64,000 bases of DNA from an uncultured Verrucomicrobiae bacterium (lineage in GTDB: Bacteria; Verrucomicrobiota; Verrucomicrobiia; Chthoniobacterales; UBA10450), in assembly GCA_963735805.1 (NCBI GenBank), contig CAVTMK010000003.1, positions 192,001 through 256,000 on the forward strand, given 5' to 3'. Positions 10,465-19,683 of this stretch are shown here, piece by piece. Each line of letters begins with the position of its first letter. The first letter of the stretch is position 1. The position numbers were made by a program, and so were the translations under genes. Under the pieces are notes generated by a model that had not been told where the DNA came from, did not search any database, and worked only from the letters and a program-made list of their open reading frames with translations.

Positions 10465-10685
10465 ATGGAAAAACAACTCAACCCTTCCGTTAAAGCCCAT
10501 CTTCCTCGAGGTCCCTTTTACCTGATTCTGCTTGTACCCGTTTGCGTGACACCATTCGCGCTCGTTGGACGGGGATGCCTCCATTCACTCCCACGCCTAC
10601 AGCCACTCCCATTGCGACACCAACCCCAACTCCGACAGTTACCCCTACGCCTACACCGACGTCCCCTCGGCGATGGGTGACTTAG
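10465..10685 (+). pseudogene. Remnant of a secreted Pro/Thr-repeat protein (signal-peptide-like start plus out-of-frame PT tract)
   Basis: GGGAGA then MEKQLNPSVKAHLPRGPFYLILLVPVCVTPFALVG; a different frame from 10575 reads MPPFTPTPTATPIATPTPTPTVTPTPTPTSPRRWVT*. Confidence 0.6.
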
Positions 10686-10802
10686 CGAATTGTCGTAGCG
10701 AGCTGTTCGGGTGGGCGCCTCGCCTGCCGATTCACAAACTGCTATTATCTGTTCAATCGGTCGCCATCCGGGATTAACAGCTGCGGCACACATTCATCTA
10801 TC

Positions 10803-11735
10803 ATGAGGCACCTTCCAGCGGAAACTTCGGCTCGAACCGAGCTTGTCGTGTCAGCCGATGAATCAAAAATTCGACTCGATCAATTTCTGGCGAAGCGACT
10901 TCCGGAATTCTCCCGGTCACGACTCCAGCAGTTGATTCGCGCAGGATTTGTTCGACTCAACGACGCAATCAGCCGCCCACGTCAGATTGTTCGAGGCGGC
11001 GACAGGATTGAGCTTACGGAGCCTTCGCTGGAAAAGATCGAAACTCTGCCGGAACAAATCCCACTTGAGATTCTCTTCGAAGACGAGGATCTCATCGTGA
11101 TCAATAAACCGGCGGGGCTCGTCGTTCATCCAGGCGCCGGTCATCGCGAACACACATTAGTCAACGCGCTTCTCAATCACTGCGCGGCGTTGTCGGGAAT
11201 CGGCGGGAAAGAGCGCCCCGGCATCGTGCATCGTCTCGACAAAGAGACGAGCGGCTGCATTGTCGTGGCAAAGAACGACGCGGCACACCGGGAGTTATCC
11301 AAACAATTTGCTGAACGCACGGTTGAAAAGATTTATCTAGCCGTCGTCGCCGGAAAATTGCGTAAGGTCGCCGGTGTAATCGAAGAAAAAATCGGACGAC
11401 ATCCAATTCATCGACAACAAATGAGCGCGACCGCTGTCCGTGGACGGGCGGCCAGAACCGAGTATCGCGTCGTTCGATCAGCCGAGTGCGCCAGTCTCGT
11501 CGAGTGCCGGTTACACAGCGGACGGACTCATCAAATTCGTGTGCATCTTCATCACCTCAGACATCCAGTGCTTGGCGACAAAGTTTACGCGGCGCATTTC
11601 GCAAAGGGTTTTCCGCGACAGATGTTGCATGCATGGAAGCTTGGATTTCGCCATCCTCGCACACAGGAATGGAAAAGCTTTGAGGCGCCGGTGCCTGATG
11701 ATTTTAGCAGCGCCCTGGCAGCATCCGGCCTGTAA
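10803..11735 (+). CDS. rluD: RluA-family pseudouridine synthase (RluD-like)
   Basis: S4 domain RLDQFL...SRSRLQQLI, INKPAGLVVHP, HRLDKETSG, GRTHQIRVH. Confidence 0.92.
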   Translation: MRHLPAETSARTELVVSADESKIRLDQFLAKRLPEFSRSRLQQLIRAGFVRLNDAISRPRQIVRGGDRIELTEPSLEKIETLPEQIPLEILFEDEDLIVINKPAGLVVHPGAGHREHTLVNALLNHCAALSGIGGKERPGIVHRLDKETSGCIVVAKNDAAHRELSKQFAERTVEKIYLAVVAGKLRKVAGVIEEKIGRHPIHRQQMSATAVRGRAARTEYRVVRSAECASLVECRLHSGRTHQIRVHLHHLRHPVLGDKVYAAHFAKGFPRQMLHAWKLGFRHPRTQEWKSFEAPVPDDFSSALAASGL

Positions 11736-12136
11736 ATCTTGCGATTATTCGCTGAGTACTCGGCGTAGACCCGTTGGCCCCTTATACAAAACGAGCTTCT
11801 TTCGGCAACCTGTCAGACCCCCTACCCTGCCTTGCCAGGCTCTGCCATAGCCGTAGAAAACGCTTGCGGCGCTTCCCTCGTGCGACTGCTGTCTCGGCCA
11901 TCCAAAGGTGAAATTGTTTGCGTTGAAACGCTCTCCTGATGTTCCTCATGCAACAATATCGCACGGTTAACCCAAATCCTTGCAGCATATCTCTGCAAGG
12001 CTGTCATCAGGTGTATGCGACGTTTATAACAGCTTTTAGCCTAGCTGGTTACAGATCCGAACAAATGGCCTAACTACCAGTTGGGGAAAATAAGCTAATT
12101 GGTCAACGGCTGCGTGTGGGCGATAGGATGGTAACT

Positions 12137-13585
12137 CTAGGTGAGGGCAGCCAAAAGCTCGCTTAATTCGATTCTAACAATGCTCGAAGTCGTATCGCTA
12201 ATACCATAGGGCAGGATGAGTTGCCCGTTGTGGACGAGCGACCCACAGGAGTAAACGACATTAGGCACGTAGCCTTCCCTTTCGTTCGCTTCCGGTTTTA
12301 AGAGCGGCTCTTTGAGCTGGCCAATAATCCTTGTAGGGTGGTACAAATCGAGCAAGGCCGCTCCAATGCAGTATTTTCGCATCGGACCGACGCCGTGAGT
12401 AAGAACCAACCAGCCAGCTTCGGTTTCAATCGGCGAGCCACAGTTACCGAGCTTCACAAACTCCCAGGGCTGCTGGGACTCTTCTAGTAGCTGTGGGTCG
12501 CTCCAAAAATACGGACTGTCCGAGAACATAAGATAAAGGTTTTCATCATCCTGTCGTGAAAGCATCACATAGCGTCCATCGATCCGACGAGGAAAGAGAG
12601 CCATGCCTTTGTTTTGCACGGCCGGTCCGTTAAGTGTTAAGACACGGAAGTTAAGGAAGTCCACCGTCTCGATTAGCTGGGGTAGAATGACTCGACCATT
12701 GTAGGCCGTGTAAGTCGCGTAGTAGATAACGTGCCCATCGTCTTCGACAAAACGGACGAAGCGAGCGTCCTCAATCCCATTGCTCTCGTTAGGCGAGACT
12801 GGAAAGATAATGCGTTCCGATATTTCCGAAGAAGGAGCGAAATGAATTTCGTAGTTGGATTCCGCCAGCCAGTGCATGCATTCCAAAGTTCGCGGCACGT
12901 CGCGCGTGTGTGCAGAAGCTTGATCGGGCGCTGCTTGCTGGATGGACTTATCCAACTCATCAAAAAGGAAGGTCTCACCTAATCGCCCCATGACGGAGGC
13001 GGCCCAGTCATTCTCAAGTCCCATCTCACTTAGTTTGTGCAGGAAGCTGCGTTTGTGGTAGGTGGGATTGAGGTTAAGCTCAGGCAGTGTTACAAAAGGC
13101 GTCGTCTTTTCGATCTCTATTGAATAGTCACGATGGATAACTCCGGTTCGAAACTGAATCGACGAGACGTGTCCTTCCCCCGTCGAGCGCAGGCTCATGA
13201 TAAAGCGGAGATCACCCTCAGCTAGGTCGGTCTGGTCAGGATGCGGCACGATCGAGGGGTTAAACAAGGCTGCCGATTCGAGCGCATACTCACCGGAGAA
13301 AAGCGCGCCGACAAATAGTTTGCGTGCTTCGGAAATCGCCTCGTTGTCAGGAACGTTCCCTCGCACTTTTTCGAAATTTCGCATCCAACTCTTGTCAAGA
13401 TCAATATGTCTTTCGCTGAAATCCGCTCTAACTAACGAAAGCTGCTTTTCGGTTTCCGGTTCGCTTAGCGCGAGAGCGCGGGTGATGATATGTTCGACGC
13501 GAGTGGGATTGATCGGGATGAACGGACGCACCACCACGCGTTTGTTGTCCGGCCGAAGATGGACGCCCGTCGGATGAAGTTTCAT
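12137..13585 (-). CDS. GH130-family glycoside hydrolase/phosphorylase, long form
   Basis: LFNPS, GIEDAR, YATYTAY, NKGMALFPRRIDG, EGYVPNVVYSCG; ATGA overlap with upstream GT4. Confidence 0.88.
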   Translation of the reverse strand: MKLHPTGVHLRPDNKRVVVRPFIPINPTRVEHIITRALALSEPETEKQLSLVRADFSERHIDLDKSWMRNFEKVRGNVPDNEAISEARKLFVGALFSGEYALESAALFNPSIVPHPDQTDLAEGDLRFIMSLRSTGEGHVSSIQFRTGVIHRDYSIEIEKTTPFVTLPELNLNPTYHKRSFLHKLSEMGLENDWAASVMGRLGETFLFDELDKSIQQAAPDQASAHTRDVPRTLECMHWLAESNYEIHFAPSSEISERIIFPVSPNESNGIEDARFVRFVEDDGHVIYYATYTAYNGRVILPQLIETVDFLNFRVLTLNGPAVQNKGMALFPRRIDGRYVMLSRQDDENLYLMFSDSPYFWSDPQLLEESQQPWEFVKLGNCGSPIETEAGWLVLTHGVGPMRKYCIGAALLDLYHPTRIIGQLKEPLLKPEANEREGYVPNVVYSCGSLVHNGQLILPYGISDTTSSIVRIELSELLAALT

Positions 13586-15864
13586 CCAGAGTTGTGACTC
13601 GCAATCTTTAAGTCAGGCGCGGTTTCTGCCTGCGTCATTTCCGCGAGGGACAAGTAAAACGCGAGACTTGACTCTGCTCCCTGATTCTGGCTCACGCGAT
13701 CCTGATGCAAAGCATCGCGACATCCCCCGGTGCTGGAATCGTAAAGGGATTCTCCGAGGTCGTTCCGACCAAGGAACCACTCGAAACAACGGCGCGACGC
13801 GCGCTTCCAGTATTCGTCATGGGTGAGAGCAAAAGCCTCCAGACAGGCCGAGATGGTAGCATATGCCTCTACTGGCTGTTGATCGAAGCGTGCGCGTTCG
13901 CCTCCGCGCTTCCAAAAACCGTTGGAGCCAAACGGAGCGAAATGTCCGGTCTTCGCTCTTTGCGTCTCCACCAGCCAGCGGAGCGACTGCAAACCTGCCT
14001 GGAATACTTCGCCACGCGAAGTCCAATGACCACTGAGGATCATCGCATGTGAAAGCTTTGCGTTGTCGTAGGTGGCGACTGGCTCGAACCATTGCCATTC
14101 CTTCGAACTGTTGGCTTGAAACAACTCGAGCAGTCGCGTCGTGAGCAGGTCACGTAGCTGATTCACCATGCGGTCTCCGGAGAAGCTGCGCAGGTATTCC
14201 TGCATTGCGAGCAGCACGAAGGCCCAGGCGCGCGGAGAAGTGAACTCCTCTACGACCGGCAAACCCCTTTGGAATAACAACGCACAAAGATTGCGATGAC
14301 CGTCATTTCGGGATCGGCCAAGCGCCATTCCCACAGCCCACAGCGCTCGCGCGTGACTGTCTTCCGAGCCGAACTCTTCCAGCCATTCCCGGCTATGACT
14401 CATAAAATTCCGAAAGCGATTCGTTTCCTGATTGAATGCATCCCATAAGAACGAAAGATAAGTGCTGGACAGGCGTTCAACGTCCCGTTGCGCCACACGA
14501 TTGGTCATCTCCGGAAGCAGCAGGGTCAGGATAAACGCGCGTGCATTGTCGTCGGTGCAATACCCCTCCCGGTAATTCGGCACGTTGAAAATAGCGTGCT
14601 GGAAAATTCCGGTGTTGTCGGTCATCCGAAAAAGATGATCGAGTTTTAGCGGCGGAAATTCATAAGGACTATTTCCCAGAGTTCGAACGGCAAAGGCTTT
14701 GCGTGACGGAGCAGTCAATCGCACGCGTGCGCGCTGAAAGCTTTCCATGTAACGACCGGCTACTACCGGCCAGATCATTTCGCGTCCGAGCTTCCATGCA
14801 CGTTTTCGCATTCCCGCCATCAGTGCAGGATTAGACAGGAGGCGAGTTACTCCTTCGGCAATAGCATTGCTGTCGCGAAAGGGCACAAGAATGCCGCCTT
14901 CCTCCGCGAGTAACTCCTGCGCGTAGAGATAACGAGTCGAAATCACCGCTTTGCCTGCGCCGAAAGCATAGGCCAGGGTGCCGGACGTGATTTGCGCTTC
15001 GTTAAGATAGGGTGTGATGTAAATGTCGGCAGCGCCGATAAAATCTGTTAGTTCCTCCAGCGTCACGAAGCGGTTGTAGAAAATAACATTGCCCGTCACA
15101 CCTCGATCTTCAGCCAGACGCTCAAGCTTTAACCGGTAAGTCTCGCCTTCCCGCGAAAGAAGATTGGGATGTGTCGCACCAAGGACTATATAAACGACGT
15201 TCGGGTGCTCCTTGAGAATTTCCGGTAACGCCTCGATTACATACTCAATGCCTTTGTTAGGCGAAAGGAGTCCAAAGGTAAGCAGCATTGTCTTACCTTC
15301 CACGCCGAACTGATCCTTGTGGAAAGTCGGGTCGATGAACTGCACATCAGGCACGCCGTGCGGGATGAGATCGATCTTCTCGGGCGAAACGCCATAGACC
15401 TCCTTTAACAACCCTCGCCCACGTTCAGCCATCACGACAAAACGATTCGATAGCGCATTGAGCTGCTCCATGACGAATCTCTGAGACTCGTTAGGTTCGC
15501 GCAGCACAGTGTGCAGCGTTGTCACTACCGGCATATGCAAATCGCGCAGCAAAGCCAGTAAGTGACTTCCGGCCGCTCCTCCGTAGATGCCAAACTCATG
15601 TTGGACCGAGACGACCTCGACGTTGTTAATGTTTAAAAAATCCGCCGCGCGCCGGTATGAGTCGATCTCCTTTTCATCGATTTCAAAACGGATACGCGTC
15701 GAATAGTCGTAGCCCTCGGGGCGATCGTTCACTGCTCCTACGATGCATTCGCAATTCGGGTACTCGGCTGCGACCGCCTCACAAATGTCGGTCGTAAACG
15801 TCGCAACGCCACATTGCCTGGGCATATAATCCCCCAGGAAAGCGACGCGGTTGATCGTGGTCAT
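13582..15864 (-). CDS. GT4 glycosyltransferase fused to a C-terminal glycosidase-like helical domain
   Basis: PRQCGVATFT, QHEFGIYGG, GLLSPNKGIE, SGTLAYAFGAGKAVIST; C-terminal GYCTDDNARA, FDQQPVEA, NQGAES. Confidence 0.9.
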   Translation of the reverse strand: MTTINRVAFLGDYMPRQCGVATFTTDICEAVAAEYPNCECIVGAVNDRPEGYDYSTRIRFEIDEKEIDSYRRAADFLNINNVEVVSVQHEFGIYGGAAGSHLLALLRDLHMPVVTTLHTVLREPNESQRFVMEQLNALSNRFVVMAERGRGLLKEVYGVSPEKIDLIPHGVPDVQFIDPTFHKDQFGVEGKTMLLTFGLLSPNKGIEYVIEALPEILKEHPNVVYIVLGATHPNLLSREGETYRLKLERLAEDRGVTGNVIFYNRFVTLEELTDFIGAADIYITPYLNEAQITSGTLAYAFGAGKAVISTRYLYAQELLAEEGGILVPFRDSNAIAEGVTRLLSNPALMAGMRKRAWKLGREMIWPVVAGRYMESFQRARVRLTAPSRKAFAVRTLGNSPYEFPPLKLDHLFRMTDNTGIFQHAIFNVPNYREGYCTDDNARAFILTLLLPEMTNRVAQRDVERLSSTYLSFLWDAFNQETNRFRNFMSHSREWLEEFGSEDSHARALWAVGMALGRSRNDGHRNLCALLFQRGLPVVEEFTSPRAWAFVLLAMQEYLRSFSGDRMVNQLRDLLTTRLLELFQANSSKEWQWFEPVATYDNAKLSHAMILSGHWTSRGEVFQAGLQSLRWLVETQRAKTGHFAPFGSNGFWKRGGERARFDQQPVEAYATISACLEAFALTHDEYWKRASRRCFEWFLGRNDLGESLYDSSTGGCRDALHQDRVSQNQGAESSLAFYLSLAEMTQAETAPDLKIASHNSG

Positions 15865-15985
15865 CAGGCAGCCTGAGTTAGTGTCTTTTCAACAATTATG
15901 AGCCTTTCTCCATCGAGGACCCTGGGGCTAAAACACGCTGCCGCTCTCGCTAGGTTTGTCGCGCCTGGCCGCGCGTGGCGGCGGA

Positions 15986-16885
15986 TCAACTCGCGATCTT
16001 GCTTCGTAAATCTCGCACCTGCGCCTGGGTGGACTCAATTGCTTCCTGCGGGACACGGCGCAAATCTCGCGTCAAGCCGAGCTTCGACAAACTCCAAATC
16101 AACCATTTCGTCGGGTCCCACTGCCACGGCTTCACGCCGTTACGATAGTCGTGTTGAAATTGATGGTGATAATTGTGATAGCCTTCGCCAAACGTAAAGA
16201 GCGCCAGGAAAAACGAGTCGCGCGCACTGCAGCGCGTAGAATACGGCTGACGCCCGATGGTATGGCAGGCTGAGTTAATCAGGAATGTGCCATGTTGAAG
16301 CACCACGACTCTTGCCACGCCACCAATTAGAAAACCGCCGAGCGCGCCGACCGAGCCGTTCCAGAGGAACCCGGCAAGTGTTGGCAGGACGAAGCCGATC
16401 ACGACAGCAAGGAGATGAATATGCCGGTGTTGCCACATGACCAGCGGATCCTTCTTTAGGTCGGCAACATTATCGAACGGCGGTTCCGGCAAAAGCTTGA
16501 ACAACAGCCACCCAATGTGGGCGTGGAAAAATCCTTTGGTGATGTCATACGGGTCTTCGTCGTGATCCACATGTTTATGATGGCGGCGATGCTCGCTGGC
16601 CCACATGAGAACCGAATTCTCAAACGCGGCGGAGCCGAAGATGACGGTAAACAAACGCACCGGTAGTTTCGCCCGGAAAGTCATATGCGAAAACAAACGA
16701 TGATAACCTAGTGTGATACTAAAGCCGGTCGCCGCCAGCAACACGAAAAACAGTGTGAGTTGAAACCAATCAACGCCGAAATACCACAGGTACAGCGGCA
16801 CAGCAGTGAGTGTCAGAAAAAACGTCCCGATCAAGAACGAACTAGTCGTCCAGTTAATGCGATCGGTCGGAATGCGGAAAATCAC
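15986..16885 (-). CDS. Membrane fatty acid desaturase (delta-9 type)
   Basis: His boxes YHRLFSH, HRRHH, GEGYHNYHH, plus DPTKWLI. Confidence 0.93.
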   Translation of the reverse strand: MIFRIPTDRINWTTSSFLIGTFFLTLTAVPLYLWYFGVDWFQLTLFFVLLAATGFSITLGYHRLFSHMTFRAKLPVRLFTVIFGSAAFENSVLMWASEHRRHHKHVDHDEDPYDITKGFFHAHIGWLLFKLLPEPPFDNVADLKKDPLVMWQHRHIHLLAVVIGFVLPTLAGFLWNGSVGALGGFLIGGVARVVVLQHGTFLINSACHTIGRQPYSTRCSARDSFFLALFTFGEGYHNYHHQFQHDYRNGVKPWQWDPTKWLIWSLSKLGLTRDLRRVPQEAIESTQAQVRDLRSKIAS

Positions 16886-16906
16886 TGGTGGGACTTAAGG
16901 GCCGGG

Positions 16907-17155
16907 TTAGCGGTGCACTGACGTCGGCCGGCCCAGAATGACGTCGCTCTTTGTCCAGGTATGAACGCTGCCGCAGTGCACGCAGGTGAATTTTTGCGCT
17001 TTCAGTTTGGTTGTCGCCCAGCGTTTTTCTTCGATTGTCTTCCCAGTATCAGTCAGCTTGGACGTTGAAGGACAGCGCACGAGCAAGCTTTTGATATTGG
17101 GGCCGACCTTTGCTTTTGGTCGTCGCGGCGGATCGAACAGAAATCTGGTTGCCAT
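16907..17155 (-). CDS. Small hypothetical protein with zinc-ribbon-like motif
   Basis: 82 aa, RCP...TG...CVHCGSVHTW; starts 2 nt after the infA stop. Confidence 0.7.
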   Translation of the reverse strand: MATRFLFDPPRRPKAKVGPNIKSLLVRCPSTSKLTDTGKTIEEKRWATTKLKAQKFTCVHCGSVHTWTKSDVILGRPTSVHR

Positions 17156-17157
17156 AG

Positions 17158-17373
17158 TTAAAGTCGGTAAACGATACGGGCTTTGGCGGTGTCGTATGGC
17201 GACATTTCCATTTTCACTCGATCGCCAATTGTAAGCCGAATGAAGCGTCTGCGCATCCTTCCGGAGATGTGGGCGAGAACCAGATGATCGTTTGCAAGCG
17301 CGACGCGGAACATGGTTCCCGGAAGCACCGTCGTAATGGTGCCTTCCAGTTCGATAACTTTCTCAGAACTCAT
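17158..17373 (-). CDS. infA: Translation initiation factor IF-1
   Basis: [34 protein letters not shown]. Confidence 0.96.
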   Translation of the reverse strand: MSSEKVIELEGTITTVLPGTMFRVALANDHLVLAHISGRMRRRFIRLTIGDRVKMEMSPYDTAKARIVYRL

Positions 17374-17429
17374 GACGCGTATGTTTTAGGTAGAGGCGGT
17401 TGACCGCAACCGCCTTCCGACCCCTGTAT

Positions 17430-17732
17430 TTACCAGCGCTTGCCTGCAAACGGGCGCTTTCCGCCACCGCCCTGAGGGCGCGGACCCTGTTCGCGCGGAC
17501 GCGCTTCGTTCACTTTCAGGGCGCGGCCGTTCAATTCGTGACCATTCAGCGCGCTCATCGCAGCGTTGGCTTGTGCGCCATCGTTCATCGTGAGGAACGC
17601 GAAGCCGCGCGATTTGCCAGTAAACCGGTCCATCATTAGTTGAACTTCGTTGACTGTGCCGTGTTGTTCGAACAGATCCTGAAGATCGTTCTCGGTGGTC
17701 TCAAATGAGAGATTACCTACGTACATTTTCAT
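17430..17732 (-). CDS. RRM RNA-binding protein with Gly-rich tail
   Basis: RNP2 MYVGNL, RNP1 RGFAFLTM, GRALKVNEARPRE. Confidence 0.95.
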   Translation of the reverse strand: MKMYVGNLSFETTENDLQDLFEQHGTVNEVQLMMDRFTGKSRGFAFLTMNDGAQANAAMSALNGHELNGRALKVNEARPREQGPRPQGGGGKRPFAGKRW

Positions 17733-17996
17733 TGTGTTTTGATTTTGGAAAAACTACCGAGCTACAGAGCCGTTCCCGTGAATCGGGTTTCAAACCACCA
17801 ATGAGCGACGCTCACCTGACGATCTACCGCGCAGTGAAGTTAAACAGAGTAATCCAATAGGGGCGCAGTATCGCTCGGATCGGCGCGAAACACAAATGAC
17901 ATTTTCCCGGATGGAATTTGATGAACCGAAAAATAGCACCTGCTAACGCGAACGAAAACTTCTTTGGCTCGGATTTACGAGTCAGGGCAGATCCGC

Positions 17997-18371
17997 TCAC
18001 CGACCGTTGTCTCGGTGCAACGGGAGACGCCTGAAACGTGTTGCGTGCGTCAATTGCCGATAAGAATCCGGCGCTAGCTTGCGGGCCGCCGCGCGAAATC
18101 TTTTGAAAAGTGCGGCGCGGTGTTCTGAAGTTGTATGCTGCGCGTAGTACAGCCCACAGTTCTGAGTCAAAGTTGGTTCCATATTTAGGTTTTCGTTAAT
18201 TTGCGCTGGCGGCGGAGTGACGCAGGCGTTGATGTCTGAGCAATCTGCATCAAGGCGCGTGATGTAGGCATCCACTAAAGCCACAAAGGTTATTTCTGAG
18301 ACCACAATATCGCTCGACAAGTTCTCGAGCAGTTTTTTTAGCTCATCCTTATGAGCAGCGATAGCATTCAT
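17997..18371 (-). CDS. Hypothetical protein
   Basis: Only substantial ORF filling the gap; ATG at 18371; no recognised motif. Confidence 0.5.
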   Translation of the reverse strand: MNAIAAHKDELKKLLENLSSDIVVSEITFVALVDAYITRLDADCSDINACVTPPPAQINENLNMEPTLTQNCGLYYAQHTTSEHRAALFKRFRAAARKLAPDSYRQLTHATRFRRLPLHRDNGR

Positions 18372-18546
18372 GGTGCGGTTCTGTGTGCAGAGAGAAGGGC
18401 CGCACACCTGCGCGATCGATTGACGCTGCGCTATTAACCAAACAGTACAGCCGCAATTGCGATTAGCTAATGATTAATACAGTTTGTTTCTTTAGGCTTA
18501 AACCGTTCAGACGGGAATGAAGCGCTCCCGCGACCGACGAAATCAT

Positions 18547-19641
18547 ATGTCCCGAGCCCAAGATTTGATGACCAATCTTCTCGCGTTTGCGGACATTCGT
18601 ATCAACGGCGGTCGTCCCTGGGACATACAGGTGCATGACCAGCGCTTCTTTAACCGAGTAATGACTTCCGGGACGCTTGGTTTCGGCGAATCCTACATGG
18701 ATGGCTGGTGGGACTGCGACGCGCTGGATGAGATGTGTTGCCGTGCCATTCGTGCTCGACTCGCAAAGCGTTTCGCATTTCGATTCCCCAATGTCTGGGC
18801 ACTGATCACTGCGGTTCTCGTGAACCAGCAAACTCGTCTGCGCTCACGAAAAGTTGGCCGGGTGCATTACGACCTGAGCAATGATTTTTTCGAAGCAATG
18901 CTCGATCCGAATATGCAATATTCCTGTGCGCTCTTCGCGGAGGGCGACGATCTCGCCTCGGCGCAACTCCGAAAGCTGGATTGGATTTGCGAAAGATTAC
19001 GACTGCGACCAGGCCTTCGCGTGCTTGACATCGGTTGCGGCTGGGGCGGATTAGCCCGTCATGCCGCCCGCCATCATGGTTGCCATGTAGTCGGGATAAC
19101 AATCTCACAGGAGCAATTCGTTTACGCGCAACGTTGGACTCGCGAATTGGACGTGGAAATTCAGCTGCGCGACTACCGCGAAGTCACCGGGCGCTTTGAT
19201 CGCGTGGTGAGCGTGGGCATGGTCGAGCATGTCGGCTACAAGAATTATCGCACCTATATGCGAGCGGCCGCTCGTTCGTTAGACGAGAATGGCTTGTTTC
19301 TTTGCCAAGGAATTTGCGCAAATCTGTCGCGCTTCCACACCGATCCGTGGATCAAGCGGTATATCTTTCCAAACTCAGTGCTTCCTTCCCTGGCTCATCT
19401 TGTACGTGCTGCGGAGGGCATTTTCATCGTTGAAGCCGTCAGGAATATCGGGCCCAGTTACGACCCAACACTTCTCGCCTGGGAGAAAAACTTTCGCCGC
19501 TCCTGGCCCGAGTTTGCAGATCGCTACGGCGAACGTTTCCGGCGGATGTGGCGATTTTATCTGCTCAGTTGCGCGGGCGCATTTCGGGCGGGCAGTCTCC
19601 AGGTTTTTTCGATTCTCTTTTCGAATCGCACCGGCAACTGA
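18547..19641 (+). CDS. cfa: Cyclopropane-fatty-acyl-phospholipid synthase
   Basis: LGFGESYMDGWW, HYDLSNDFF, MQYSCA, VLDIGCGWGG, SVGMVEHVG, RMWRFYL; start could be 18517. Confidence 0.93.
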   Translation: MSRAQDLMTNLLAFADIRINGGRPWDIQVHDQRFFNRVMTSGTLGFGESYMDGWWDCDALDEMCCRAIRARLAKRFAFRFPNVWALITAVLVNQQTRLRSRKVGRVHYDLSNDFFEAMLDPNMQYSCALFAEGDDLASAQLRKLDWICERLRLRPGLRVLDIGCGWGGLARHAARHHGCHVVGITISQEQFVYAQRWTRELDVEIQLRDYREVTGRFDRVVSVGMVEHVGYKNYRTYMRAAARSLDENGLFLCQGICANLSRFHTDPWIKRYIFPNSVLPSLAHLVRAAEGIFIVEAVRNIGPSYDPTLLAWEKNFRRSWPEFADRYGERFRRMWRFYLLSCAGAFRAGSLQVFSILFSNRTGN

Positions 19642-19683
19642 CAACGCCATTCCGGAAAAGTTCGCCGTGCACCATTAGCTGGC

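Noticed and set aside
10239..10481. N-terminal extension of the kinase ORF
   Set aside because: Not protein-like; zinc ribbon starts right after ATG 10238 and a -10 box precedes it
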